The translations under genes were made by a program, and so were the position numbers. 64,000 bases of DNA from an uncultured Candidatus Rokubacteria bacterium. Its GTDB lineage: Bacteria > Methylomirabilota > Methylomirabilia > Rokubacteriales > CSP1-6. The notes under the pieces were generated by a model. That model did not search any database. It was not told the DNA's origin and saw only the letters and a list, made by a program, of their open reading frames with translations. The stretch is from the NCBI GenBank assembly GCA_963747235.1, contig CAVVEU010000008.1, positions 224,001 to 288,000 of the forward strand, given 5' to 3'. Position 1 is the first letter of the stretch, and the number at the start of each line of letters is the position of its first letter. Below, in pieces: positions 1 through 10,524 of this stretch.

Positions 1-69
1 GTCGGGTCTCGCCGCTCGATCGCGAAGAATAGCTGCGTGCTAGACTTGGGCGTCTTCACGACGACGCCC

Positions 70-693
70 ATGCCGAGTACGAGTGCCCTCACGTGGATCG
101 AGCCGGGAGCGAGCGCCACCCTCATCTGGCACGGCGCGGTGGCGTCCCAGCCCGGTGGCGGCCGGCTCTACGTGGTGTCCGGCCCCATCCTGGAGCTGCC
201 CCCCGCGTCCCCCTACTTCATCCTCGCCGCCGAGGAAGACGACGACTTCGCGGCGCGGCTCTATCGCGACCAGGTGACGCTGCCCGACCTGCGCGCCTTC
301 CTGGCCCGCTGCCGCGTCACTCGCGGCGCACTGGTGGACGACCAGCAGTACGTCGCCGCCGCCGAGGAGGCGCCGGTGCTCGCGGTGCTCGACGACTGGC
401 GCGAGCGGTCGGGGCCCCCGGCGCTGCCGTATCTCGACGACATCAACGCGTTCATGCCCGCGGCCGCCCCGCTCTACGTGACCGCGGAGGCCCACGCGGC
501 CGCGCAGCGCGAGGCGGAGCAGTTCAGCACCGCGTGGGTGTGCGACGAGTGCGGCGAGGCCGAGGACGCGGGCGTCTTCTTCTGGACCGCGCACCGCGGG
601 CCGGTGGTGCGCGTGTGCTTTCTCATCCACAACGACGCCGGGGTCTGGACCTGCCGGCTCCACCCGTTCGAGTTCGCGAAGGAGACCGCATGA
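70..693 (+). CDS. Hypothetical protein with C-terminal Cys/His cluster (CDEC...C..H...C..H)
   Basis: ORF 37..693; ATG at 70 follows TGcTAGACT (38-46); stop overlaps the ggt start (ATGA at 690). Confidence 0.6.
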   Translation: MPSTSALTWIEPGASATLIWHGAVASQPGGGRLYVVSGPILELPPASPYFILAAEEDDDFAARLYRDQVTLPDLRAFLARCRVTRGALVDDQQYVAAAEEAPVLAVLDDWRERSGPPALPYLDDINAFMPAAAPLYVTAEAHAAAQREAEQFSTAWVCDECGEAEDAGVFFWTAHRGPVVRVCFLIHNDAGVWTCRLHPFEFAKETA

Positions 694-2418
694 TCCGCTC
701 CACCCTCGACGTGACCAAGCACACCCCGAGCGCGCGCGCCCTCGTGGCCGCCGAGCACCCGCTCGGGGCCGAGGTGGGCGCGGGCATCCTGGCGCGCGGC
801 GGCAACGCGGTGGACGCGGCGGTGGCCACCGCGTTCGCGATGACGGTGGTGGAGCCCTTCATGTCCTCGGTGGCGGGCGGCGGCACCATGCTGCTGCACC
901 TGGCCAAGCGCGGCGAGACGATCGCGCTCGACTTCAACGTGCAGGCGCCCGCCGCCTGCCACGAGCGCTGCTACGAGCTGGGGGAGGGCGTGGCGCAGGC
1001 CCTGTTCCCGTGGCGGAAGGTGGTGGGCGACGCCAACAACTTCGGTCCGAAGTCGGTGGCGATCCCGGGCTCGGTGGCGGGGTTGTGCCTCGCGCTCGAC
1101 GCGGTACGGCACGATGGATCTGGCCGACGTCATGGCCCCCGCGATCGCGCTGGCCGAGAAGGGCTTCGAGGTCGACTGGTACCACACCCTCACCATCGGG
1201 CCGCACTGCGACGAGCTCGACGTCTTCCCGGAGACCGCGCGCAGCTACCTGCGCGACGGCCACTACGTGTACCGCCCGGCCTCGAGCGCGCCCGCCGACG
1301 TGCTGCGCCAGCCGGACCTCGGCCGCAGCCTGCGGCTCATCGCCAAGGATGGCCCGAAGGCGTTCTATCGCGGCGCGATCGCTCAGGCCATCGACGAAGA
1401 GATGCGGCGCACCGGCGGCTTCCTCCGCGCGAGCGATCTCGCGGGCTACGCCCCGCGGGTGGCCGAGCCCTTGACCATGAAGTATCGCCGGCTCGAGCTC
1501 GCCTTCTCGCCCGGCGCCACCGGCGGGCCGACCGCGGTCGAGATGCTGAACATCCTGGCCGAGTTCCCCTCCGCGAAGGTCGGGTACGAGACGCCGGGCG
1601 GGCTCCACCTGCGCGCGGAGGCGATCCGCTACGCCTTCCTCGACCGGCTGCGCCATCTGGCCGATCCGCTCGCGGTGCGCGTGCCCTGGCGCGGGCTGGC
1701 CTCGAGCGAGCACGCCCAGGAAGTGGCGGCGGGCCTCCGGGCCGCCGGCCCGCGCAGCGACGCCAAGCTGCCGGACGCCTGGGCGCACGACGCGGCGAGC
1801 GGCCTCGGCCGCGGCAGGATGGCGGTGGCGCGCGGCCGGCGGCGGCTGCCCACCGACGGCAGCGACTGCACCACCCACATCTGCGCGGTGGATCGGCAGC
1901 GCAACATGGTCTCGCTGACCAACACCGCGGTCTCGCTCTTCGGCTCGCGCATGGTGGTGCCGGGCACCGGCATATTGCTTCAGAACGGCATGCTCTGGTT
2001 CGATCCGGAGCCGGGCCGCGCCAACTCGGTGGCGGCGGGCAAGCGGCCGGTGGTGAACATGGTGCCCGCGCTCGGCTTCCGGCAGGGCGAGCCCTATCTC
2101 ACGGTGGGGGCGCCGGGCGGGCGCAAGATCGTCTCGGCCATCCCGCAGGTGATCGCCAACATCGTGGACCAGGGCGATGCGCCGCAGGCCGCCATCGAGG
2201 CCCCGCGCGTGCACACCGAGGGCGGCGAGCTCTGGGTGGACGATCGGGTGGGCGAGCGGTCGCTGGCCGCGCTGCGGAGGATGGGCCACGACGTGGTCCC
2301 GAAGCACCAGGCCTACGGCACCATCTACTTCGCGCGGCCGGTGGCGATCCGGGTCGGCCGGCGCGGGCTCGAGGCGGGCCTCGATCATCTGAACGCGGCG
2401 GCGGCGGCGGGGATCTAG
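690..2418 (+). CDS. ggt: Gamma-glutamyltransferase family protein (frameshift near 1100)
   Basis: GGNAVDAAVA, EPFMSSVAGG in the first frame; TTHICAVD nucleophile, LLQNGM, GAPGG in the second frame. Confidence 0.9.
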
Positions 2419-2422
2419 CGCC

Positions 2423-2734
2423 ATGGCCGAGATCACCCTGACCGCCGCGTTCTCCACCGTGCCCGCGCCCGAGCAGGAGGCGATCAAGCGCCTGCTCACC
2501 GAGACCATCGAGCAGCTCGCCCAGGAAGACAAGAGCTTCTCCCGGGCCCGCGTGGTGTTCACCGAGTCCGACGAGCGCTGCGGGCTCACCGCCGAGCTCG
2601 ACGGCGTGAAGAAGGAAGGCGTGCCGCTGTCCATCGACATCGAGCAGCTCGAGGATGCCCAGACCGGCGCGGGCGCCCGGGCGCAGCTCAAGGAAGCGCT
2701 CCGGCTCTACTTCCGGCGGGTGATGGGGAAGTGA
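2423..2734 (+). CDS. Hypothetical protein (103 aa)
   Basis: Coding-like ORF coupled to its neighbours (GTGA overlap at 2731). Confidence 0.6.
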   Translation: MAEITLTAAFSTVPAPEQEAIKRLLTETIEQLAQEDKSFSRARVVFTESDERCGLTAELDGVKKEGVPLSIDIEQLEDAQTGAGARAQLKEALRLYFRRVMGK

Positions 2735-3459
2735 CCGACGCGGGCGTGCTGCTCTTCGTGCACGGCGGCTGCACGTTCACGGTGGCCGACGGGGTGCAGC
2801 CGCCCAAGGCGGGCTCGCTGCTGTTCTGCCGCCACCTGCCGGTGCGCGCGGGCGATCGGATGCTCGAGATCGGCACCGGGATCGGCCTGGCCGCGGTGCT
2901 GGCCGCGCGGGCCGGGGCGCGGGTGGTCGCGACCGACGTGGTGGACGCGGCGGTGCGCTGCGCGCGCGCGAACGCGGTGGTCAACGGCGTGGCGGATCGC
3001 GTCGAGGTGCTCCAGGGCGACGGCTTCGCGCCGGTGCGCGGGCGCGTCTTCGACCTGATCTGCACGAGCCCGCCCCAGATGCCGACGCCGCCCGATCGCG
3101 AGCGCGCCGACGCGACGGCGGCGGCCGACAACGGCGGCCCGGACGGCTGGGCCCTGCTCGACCGGGTGATCGCGGGCGCCCCCGCGCACCTCACGCCGGG
3201 CGGCCGGCTCGTGTTCACGCTCTTCGGCTTCCTCGGCGTCAAGGCGGCGCTCGCCCGGCTCCACGCCGCGGGGTTCGAGCCTGCGATCCTGGGCCAGGAG
3301 ACGCAGGCCTTCCCCCGCATCGGCTACGAGCGCATCGAGCACATCCGCGCCCTCGACACGGAGGCCACCCTGCCGCCCCACGGGTGGCCCGCCACCGTCG
3401 AGCGCTACGTGATCCAGGGTATTCGGCAGGACAGCCGGACGGAGGATCCATCACGATGA
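2731..3459 (+). CDS. Class I SAM-dependent methyltransferase, HemK/PrmC-like
   Basis: LEIGTGIG motif I, GDGFAPV, FDLICTSPPQ, NGGPDG. Confidence 0.85.
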   Translation: MTDAGVLLFVHGGCTFTVADGVQPPKAGSLLFCRHLPVRAGDRMLEIGTGIGLAAVLAARAGARVVATDVVDAAVRCARANAVVNGVADRVEVLQGDGFAPVRGRVFDLICTSPPQMPTPPDRERADATAAADNGGPDGWALLDRVIAGAPAHLTPGGRLVFTLFGFLGVKAALARLHAAGFEPAILGQETQAFPRIGYERIEHIRALDTEATLPPHGWPATVERYVIQGIRQDSRTEDPSR

Positions 3460-4214
3460 AGCCGGCCCGCAGTCTCATCGTCAACGCCGACGACTACGGC
3501 CTCACCGCGGGGGTGAGCCGCGGCATCCTGGACTCGCACCGGCGCGGGATCGTGACGAGCACGACCCTGCTCGTGAACCGCCCGGTGGACCCCGCGCTCA
3601 TCGACGCGCTGAAGGCCTCGGGGCTGGGCGTGGGACTGCACATGAACCTCACGCTGGGGCCGCCGGTGGCGCCCGCGAAGCGGGTGGCCTCGCTCCTGGA
3701 CGGGGAAGGGACGTTCACCCGGGACGCGCGGGAGGCCGCCCAGCGCGCCCGACCCGACGAGGCGCGCATCGAGCTCGGGATGCAGATCGACGAGTTCCGG
3801 AAGATCATGGGGCGGTTCCCCACGCATCTGGACTCCCATCACCACGTCGGCCGGCAGGAGCCGATCCTGGAGCTGGTCCTGGACTTCGCGCGCGCCATCA
3901 AGGTGCCGGTGCGGACGCAGGACGCGGAGGTGCGGGCGGCGGCGCGCAAGCTCGCGCTCAAGACGCCGGATCACTTCATGGGCGAGTCGGGCCCGGACGC
4001 GTACTGGTCGTCGGAGCGCGTGCTCGCCCACCTGCGCGAGCTGCCGGGCGGCGTGACCGAGTTCATGACCCATCCCGGCTATTTCGACGACGACCTCGCC
4101 TACAGCCGCTACGGGCGCCAGCGGGACATCGAGCTGGCCGGCCTCACCGATCCGGAGGCGCGCACCCTCATCGAGCGGGAGGGCATCCGGCTCATGCACT
4201 TCGGGGACCTGTAG
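3456..4214 (+). CDS. ChbG/YdjC family deacetylase
   Basis: LIVNADDYG, GLHMNL, THLDSHHHV, EFMTHPG. Confidence 0.9.
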   Translation: MKPARSLIVNADDYGLTAGVSRGILDSHRRGIVTSTTLLVNRPVDPALIDALKASGLGVGLHMNLTLGPPVAPAKRVASLLDGEGTFTRDAREAAQRARPDEARIELGMQIDEFRKIMGRFPTHLDSHHHVGRQEPILELVLDFARAIKVPVRTQDAEVRAAARKLALKTPDHFMGESGPDAYWSSERVLAHLRELPGGVTEFMTHPGYFDDDLAYSRYGRQRDIELAGLTDPEARTLIEREGIRLMHFGDL

Positions 4215-4221
4215 GACGCGC

Positions 4222-5182
4222 GTGGCCCCCGACGTCGTCATCGGGATGGACGTGGGCGGGACGACCGTGGCCGCGGGCCTCGTGGCCGCCGACGGGCGGG
4301 TGCTGGAGCATCAGCAGGCGCCCACCCACGCGCGCGGCCCGGGCACCGCGCTCGAGACCATCGGCGAGCTGCTCGAGCGGCTCTGCGAGCAGGCCCGAGC
4401 CCTCGGTGTGACGGTCATCGGGGTCGGCATCGGCGTGCCCGGGATCGTCGACGCCGAGCGCGGCACGGTGGGCGTGGACGTCCACCACGCGCCCGAGCTG
4501 GCCCGGGCGCCGCTCGGCGCCATGCTGGCCGAGCGCTTCGGCGTGCCGGTCCACGTGGACAACGACGTCAACGCCCTCGCGCTGGCCGAGTGGACGTGGG
4601 GCGCCGGGCGCGGGGCGCGGTCGCTCGTCATGCTGGCGCTCGGCACCGGCGTCGGCGGCGGCATCATTGCTCGACGGGCGGCTGCATCGCGGACAGTCCG
4701 GGTTCGGCGGCGAGCTCGGCCACGTGCCCATCGACTTCGACGGGCCGCCCTGCATCTGCGGCGGGCGCGGCTGTCTCAAGGCCTACGTGTCCGGCACCGA
4801 CATCGGGCGGCGCGGAACCGAGCGGCTCGGGCGTCCGGTGAGCGCGGCCGAGATCTTCCGCCTCGCGGCGGGCGGGGACGCGGCGGCGGACGCGGTGGTG
4901 GAAGACGTCTGCGCCGCCCTCGGGGCCGGGCTGGCCATCATCGTGAACGGGCTCAATCCGGAGCGCGTGCTGCTCGCGGGCAGCGTGGCCAAGTCGCTCC
5001 GGCCCATCGAGGCGCGGGTGCGGGCGGCCCTGGCGCGCTACGCCTTCGCGGAGGCGCTGCGCGCGACGCATCTCGAGATCCTGTCCCTCGACAAGGACGC
5101 GACGGTGCGGGGCGGCGCCGCGCTCGTGCACTACGAAGCCCAGCGACCGAGGACGACGCTGGCACACCGCTTGCTCCCCTAG
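4222..5182 (+). CDS. ROK family sugar kinase (frameshift near 4670)
   Basis: DVGGT, VDNDVNA, LGTGVGGG, GELGH, CICGGRGCL. Confidence 0.9.
5160..5175 (+). promoter_or_regulatory. sigma54 (-24/-12) promoter
   Basis: TGGCACACCGCTTGCT matches TGGCAC-N5-TTGC; lies upstream of the gene at 5258. Confidence 0.75.
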
Positions 5183-5257
5183 GTCCCCAGCCTCGTCCAG
5201 GGGCCACTTCGGTGCCCAGACGGACACGTCTGACACCGATGTGACGGAGGAGCGAAC

Positions 5258-5776
5258 ATGGACCCGAACGGCAGCCCCTTCCGCCGTCCGCCCCCGCGGC
5301 CGGCATTCCGGCCGCGCCGGAGCGGGTTCGGGCCGGTTCCCGCCGCGCCCCTGACCGCCGAGGCGCGGAGCGGTCCGGCCGCACGCGGGCGGAGCCGCGG
5401 TGTCGCCCGCGACGCGCGCGCCCGCGCGCGCCGCCTGGGCGCGAGCGCCTTCTACGTGGTGGCCGCGCTCACGCTCCTGGACGCCACGCTTGCCTTCGCC
5501 TCGCACGACCCGGGCGCGATCATCGGGCTCGGGCTGACCCGCTGGGTGGCCGGCGCCACCCCGGTCGCCTGGATGGCCCTGCCGTTCGCGGTGGGATTCC
5601 TGCTCCTCGGTCTGCTCGCCCGGCGCGGGCGGCTCGGCGCCTTCGCGATCGGCGCCGCGGTGTACGCGCTCGACGGGCTGATCGTCGTCGCGGCCCACGA
5701 CTGGGTGGCGGTGGCGATCCACACGGTCGTGCTCGTGATGATCGTGCGGGGCCTGGACGCGGGGCGGCGGTTCTAG
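5258..5776 (+). CDS. Membrane protein with Pro/Arg-rich N-terminal tail
   Basis: GGAGGAG RBS; about 4 hydrophobic segments. Confidence 0.65.
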   Translation: MDPNGSPFRRPPPRPAFRPRRSGFGPVPAAPLTAEARSGPAARGRSRGVARDARARARRLGASAFYVVAALTLLDATLAFASHDPGAIIGLGLTRWVAGATPVAWMALPFAVGFLLLGLLARRGRLGAFAIGAAVYALDGLIVVAAHDWVAVAIHTVVLVMIVRGLDAGRRF

Positions 5777-5787
5777 CCGCCCCGGTG

Positions 5788-6312
5788 CTACCTGGCGCGG
5801 GCGGGTGCCTTGGGCGCGGGGGTCTTCGGGCCGGGCGCGCGCTTGACGAGCGGATCGAGGATCCGCGTGAGGCGCGCCTCGTCGCTCCGGCCGTGGATGC
5901 GGGCCACGATCTCGCCGCGCTTGTTGATGACCACCGTGTACGGCGTGCCCCGGAAGCCGAAGCGGTTGGCGACCTTCAGGCGCGGATCGAGGCCGGCCGG
6001 GTACGTCGCCTTGTTGACCTCGAGAAAGTGGCGCGCGTCGGCCTCCGTATCCTGGACCTGCACGCTCACCATCTCGACCCCGCTCGCGCGGTACTTCTTG
6101 TAGACCCGCTCGAAGGCCTCCGCCTCCTCGTTGCACGCCTTGCACCACGAGGCCTGGAAGCGCACGACCAGCACGTGCTTGCCCAGGTGCGCGCGTGAAT
6201 CGAAGTGGCCGGAGCCGTCGAGCAGCGTGACGGTGAACGCGGGCGCCGCGGGCGCGGCCGCCGCGGGCGCGGCGGCGAGCAGGAGCGCGCCCAGCGCGAG
6301 AGCCAGGCGCAT
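5788..6312 (-). CDS. TlpA/ResA-like thiol-disulfide oxidoreductase, secreted
   Basis: Signal peptide, FQASWCKAC, GTPYT cis-Pro loop. Confidence 0.85.
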   Translation of the reverse strand: MRLALALGALLLAAAPAAAAPAAPAFTVTLLDGSGHFDSRAHLGKHVLVVRFQASWCKACNEEAEAFERVYKKYRASGVEMVSVQVQDTEADARHFLEVNKATYPAGLDPRLKVANRFGFRGTPYTVVINKRGEIVARIHGRSDEARLTRILDPLVKRAPGPKTPAPKAPARAR

Positions 6313-6740
6313 CAGATCGGTCCGAAGCCCGGCTTGGGCGCGGGCGGCGGGCCGGGCCGGCGGAACGCGGACTTCGAGTCGAGCATCTGCTTGATCGTGC
6401 TCACGAGATCGTTCGTCTTGAACGGCTTCGAGATCAGGGGCCGGGCCGAGCCCTTGACCGCGGCGGTGGAGTAGCCCGACATGAGCACGATCTTCGTGGT
6501 CGGGCTGGTGGCCTCGATGCGCTTGGCCAGCTCGAGGCCGTTCATCATCGGCATCACCACGTCGGTGAGCAGCAGGTGAATCGGCTGCGCCTCGACGATG
6601 CGGCGCGCCTCCATGGGATCCCCGGTGTCGATCACGTTGTAGCCGTGCAGGGTGAGGATCTCGCGCACGAGCGCGCGCACCTCCGCCTCATCGTCGACGA
6701 CGAGAATGGTCTGCTGCGCTTCCTCGCTGGGCTCGGACAC
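6312..6740 (-). CDS. Single-domain response regulator
   Basis: ILVVDDE, LLTDVVMP, MSGY, KPF. Confidence 0.85.
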   Translation of the reverse strand: MSEPSEEAQQTILVVDDEAEVRALVREILTLHGYNVIDTGDPMEARRIVEAQPIHLLLTDVVMPMMNGLELAKRIEATSPTTKIVLMSGYSTAAVKGSARPLISKPFKTNDLVSTIKQMLDSKSAFRRPGPPPAPKPGFGPI

Positions 6741-6985
6741 AGTTCTCTCTGCCCCGACCCGGGCCTCCGCGGCAGGCCAGAGGACAGGACGAGTTGATTG
6801 TAACCTACCGTTTTTGCGTGCGAGGCCGACCTTTCGCTCCAGGGCCGATCGCGTAACTTTTTCCGCCGGGCGGTCATCCGCTCCGTCGTGCGGGGCGCCG
6901 AATCTCGGCGGTCGATTCGCGGCTCGGCTGCTAGAGTTTCCGCATGCGGTCAACCGCCGGATCGCGCCCCGTGGCCAGGAAGCGC

Positions 6986-7549
6986 ATGCTCAAGAGGTAC
7001 CTGACGACCGGTAAAGTGGGTGAAATGCTTGAAGTTTCGCCCGCCGCGATCAAGAAGTGGATCCAGCAGGGCAAGCTGTCCGCGTTCCGGACCCCCGGCG
7101 GGCACTTCCGCATTCTCGCGGACGAGTTCGAGCGCTTCCAGAAGACCCATGGCTTTGGAGCCGGGACCGGCGAGCCGCTGCGCGTGCTCGTGGTGGACGA
7201 CCAGCTCGACGTGGCCGAGGTGATCGTGGCGTCGCTTCGCGCCTTCCATCCGCGGGCGCGGCTGGAGACGGCGGCGAACGGCTTCGAGGGCCTCCTCAAG
7301 GTCGGCACGTTCCGCCCCGACGTCCTGCTGCTCGACCTCAGCATGCCGGGCATGGACGGCTTCGAGGTCTGTCGCCAGATCAAGCGCGATCCGGTCATCC
7401 GCGACACCAAGGTCGTGGTGATGACCGCGCGCTTCCTCGACGCGGAGGCGCGGGCGATGGACGCGGGCGCCGACGGGTTCCTGTCCAAGCCGTTCGAGGC
7501 CGCCACCGTCTACGGGCTCCTGGCCCGCCTGCTCGCCGCGCGACGCTGA
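6986..7549 (+). CDS. Excisionase-like HTH (MerR/HTH_17) plus receiver-domain regulator
   Basis: YLTTGKVG...RTPGGHFRI followed by VLVVDD, LLDLSMPGMDG. Confidence 0.85.
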   Translation: MLKRYLTTGKVGEMLEVSPAAIKKWIQQGKLSAFRTPGGHFRILADEFERFQKTHGFGAGTGEPLRVLVVDDQLDVAEVIVASLRAFHPRARLETAANGFEGLLKVGTFRPDVLLLDLSMPGMDGFEVCRQIKRDPVIRDTKVVVMTARFLDAEARAMDAGADGFLSKPFEAATVYGLLARLLAARR

Positions 7550-7622
7550 GCGCGCCCCTCACGCGCTCCGCGCCGCCGCGCTCAATTGCGGGCCCGCGCG
7601 GGCGCGTGCCATAATCCCGGCC

Positions 7623-10490
7623 ATGAGCGACCTCGAGCACGAGCTGCGCCGCCGTGTCGAAGGCGACGTCCGCTTCGACCACTACTCCCGCCTGCTGTAC
7701 TCGACGGACGCCTCCATGTACCAGATGGAGCCGATGGGCGTGGTGATCCCGCGCCACGCCGACGACGTGCAGGCGGCGATCGAGGTCGCGAACCAGCTCG
7801 GGGCGCCGCTCCTGCCGCGCGGCGGCGGCACCTCGCTGACCGGGCAGACGGTGAACCACGCGGTGGTGCTCGACTTCTCGCGCCACATGGCGGGGGTGCT
7901 CGAGGTGAACCGCGAGGAGCTGTGGGCGCGGGTGCAGCCCGGGCTGGTGCAGGACGAGCTGAACCACCACGTGCGGTCGCTCGGGCTGCTCTTCGGGCCC
8001 GACACCTCCACCTCGAACCGCGCCACCATCGGCGGCATGCTCGGCAACAACTCGGGCGGCTCGCACTCCATCGCCTACGGCCTCACCGTCGAGCACGTGA
8101 TCGAGATGACCACGATCCTGGCCGACGGCAGCCGCGCGGTGTTCGGCGAGGTGACGCCCGCGCAGTTCGCGGCCAAGATGCGCCTGCCCGGGCTGGAGGG
8201 GCAGATCTACCGCGAGATCGACCGGATCCGGACGCAGTACGACACCGAGATCCGGACGCGGTACCCCCGGCACTGGCGCCGCGTGTGCGGCTACAACCTG
8301 GACGAGCTGGTGAAGGACCGGCCGCTCAACATGGCGCGGCTCATCGTGGGCTCGGAGGGCACCTTCCTCACGGTCGTCGAGGCCAAGATGCGCCTCGTGA
8401 ACAAGCCCAAGGCCACCGCGGTGGACGTGATCCACTACCACGACATGCAGGAGGCGCTCGAGTCCTCGCAGGCAATTCTCGAGACGGGCCCGTACGCGGT
8501 CGAGCTCACCGACAAGATGATCCTCGACCTGGCCCGCAACAACATCGAGCAGGCCACCCGCATGGGGTTCGTGCAGGGCGACCCCGCCGCGATCCTGATC
8601 GTGGAGTACGCGGGGGACACCGAGCAGGAGGTCAAGGCCAAGGTCGCGGACCTCGAGGCGCGGCGGACGCGCGGCCGCTTCGGCTACGCCTCGCACATCG
8701 CCACCGACTCGGCCGAGCAGCAGTCCATCTGGAAGCTCCGCAAGGCCGGCCTCGGCCTGCTCCTGGGCACGCGCGGCGAATCCAAGCCCATCGCGTTCAT
8801 CGAGGACACCGCGGTGGACCCGAAGCACCTGCCCGAGTTCGTGCCGCGCTTCACCGAGATCATGACCAAGCACGGGGCGGACGCCGCCTACTACGGCCAC
8901 TGCTCGGTGGGGTGTCTGCACATCCGCCCGCTGATCAACCTCAAGACCGAGCGGGGCCTCGAGCAGGTCCGGGTGATGGCCGAGGAGATCTTCGACCTCG
9001 TGCTCTCCTTCGGCGGGGCCATCTCGAGCGAGCACGGCGACGGCCGCGCCCGCAGCCCGTTCCTGGAGCGGGTGTTCGGGCCGACCATGTTCCGGGCGTT
9101 CAAGGAGACGAAGGCCGCCTTCGATCCGCGCGGGCTGATGAACCCGGGCAACATCGTGGGCAGCCCCGGCGTCACCGAGCACCTCCGCTACGGCGCCAAG
9201 TACAAGACGTGGGAGCCCAAGACCCTGCTCGACTTCTCGGCGCAGGGCGGCTTCGCGGCCGCGGTCGAGATGTGCAACGGGGTCGGCGTCTGCCGCAAGA
9301 AGCTCGAGGGCACCATGTGCCCGTCCTACATGGCCACCCGGGACGAGGAGCACAGCACGCGCGGGCGTGCCAACGCGCTGCGGGCGGTGCTGTCGGGCCA
9401 GGTCCCGGCGACCGACTTCGCGGGCAAGCGGCTCTACGAGGTGATGGATCTCTGCCTCGAGTGCAAGGGCTGCAAGGCGGAGTGCCCGTCCAACGTGGAC
9501 ATGGCCAAGATGAAGTACGAGTTCCTGCACCACTATCACGCGGTCAACGGGCTGCCGCTCCGCAACCGCCTGTTCGGGCACATCGCGCGGCTCTCCTGGC
9601 TCGGCTCGCGGCTGGCCCCGATCTCGAACTGGATCGCGCGCTCCTGGCCGAACCGGTGGCTGATGGAGCGGGTCGCGGGCATCGACCGGCGGCGGCCGCT
9701 GCCCGCCTTCGCGCGCGAGACCTTCACCGACTGGTTCGATCGACGCCGCGCGCCGGTCGAGGCCCCGCGCGGCGACGTGGTGCTCTTCCACGACACCTTC
9801 ATCACCTACAACGCGCCGGAGATCGGGCGCGCCGCGGTGGAGCTGCTGGAGACGGCCGGCTACCGCGTCCAGCTCGTGGACAAGAAGTGCTGCGGCCGGC
9901 CGCTGATCTCCAAGGGCATGCTCGACGAGGCCAAGGCGCACGCGGAATGGAACGTGGCGCGCCTGCTGCCCTGGGTGGACCGGGGCGCCGCCATCGTCGG
10001 GCTCGAGCCTTCCTGCCTTCTCACGCTGCGGGACGAGACCGTCGAGCTGGTGCGCACCGACGAGGCGCGCCGCGTGGCGGCCTCCGCGTTTCTCCTGGAA
10101 GAGTTCCTGCTGCGCGAGCGCGCGCGGGGCCTGACGCTGCCCTTCGCCAATGGCTCCGTGCGCAAGCAGGCGCTGCTCCACGGCCACTGCCACCAGAAGG
10201 CCATGGTCGGCACCGCGCCCACGGTGGCCGCGCTGCGATGGGCCGGCTACGAGGTGGCGGAGGTGGACTCGGGCTGCTGCGGCATGGCCGGGTCCTTCGG
10301 CTTCGAGCGCGAGCATTATGACGTCTCGGTGACGCTGGGCAACCGGCGTCTCGCGCCCGCGGTGAAGGCGGCGACCGCCGAGACCGAGATCGTCGCGCCG
10401 GGTGTCTCCTGCCGCCAGCAGATCGAGCACCTGGCGGGCCGCCAGGCCAAGCACCCCGCCCAGATCCTGCGCGACGCGCTCCGCTCCTGA
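7623..10490 (+). CDS. FAD-linked oxidase fused to 4Fe-4S/CCG domains (YdiJ/GlcD-GlcF-like)
   Basis: PRGGGTSL, EHGDG, CNGVGVC, CLECKGCKAECP, CCG motifs. Confidence 0.92.
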   Translation: MSDLEHELRRRVEGDVRFDHYSRLLYSTDASMYQMEPMGVVIPRHADDVQAAIEVANQLGAPLLPRGGGTSLTGQTVNHAVVLDFSRHMAGVLEVNREELWARVQPGLVQDELNHHVRSLGLLFGPDTSTSNRATIGGMLGNNSGGSHSIAYGLTVEHVIEMTTILADGSRAVFGEVTPAQFAAKMRLPGLEGQIYREIDRIRTQYDTEIRTRYPRHWRRVCGYNLDELVKDRPLNMARLIVGSEGTFLTVVEAKMRLVNKPKATAVDVIHYHDMQEALESSQAILETGPYAVELTDKMILDLARNNIEQATRMGFVQGDPAAILIVEYAGDTEQEVKAKVADLEARRTRGRFGYASHIATDSAEQQSIWKLRKAGLGLLLGTRGESKPIAFIEDTAVDPKHLPEFVPRFTEIMTKHGADAAYYGHCSVGCLHIRPLINLKTERGLEQVRVMAEEIFDLVLSFGGAISSEHGDGRARSPFLERVFGPTMFRAFKETKAAFDPRGLMNPGNIVGSPGVTEHLRYGAKYKTWEPKTLLDFSAQGGFAAAVEMCNGVGVCRKKLEGTMCPSYMATRDEEHSTRGRANALRAVLSGQVPATDFAGKRLYEVMDLCLECKGCKAECPSNVDMAKMKYEFLHHYHAVNGLPLRNRLFGHIARLSWLGSRLAPISNWIARSWPNRWLMERVAGIDRRRPLPAFARETFTDWFDRRRAPVEAPRGDVVLFHDTFITYNAPEIGRAAVELLETAGYRVQLVDKKCCGRPLISKGMLDEAKAHAEWNVARLLPWVDRGAAIVGLEPSCLLTLRDETVELVRTDEARRVAASAFLLEEFLLRERARGLTLPFANGSVRKQALLHGHCHQKAMVGTAPTVAALRWAGYEVAEVDSGCCGMAGSFGFEREHYDVSVTLGNRRLAPAVKAATAETEIVAPGVSCRQQIEHLAGRQAKHPAQILRDALRS

Positions 10491-10524
10491 GTCCGGCGTC
10501 CCGCGGACGCCGGCCGCCCCGCCG

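Noticed and set aside
6986-7549. Excisionase-like HTH as sign of an integrated element
   Set aside because: Fused to a receiver domain; no integrase or att site seen
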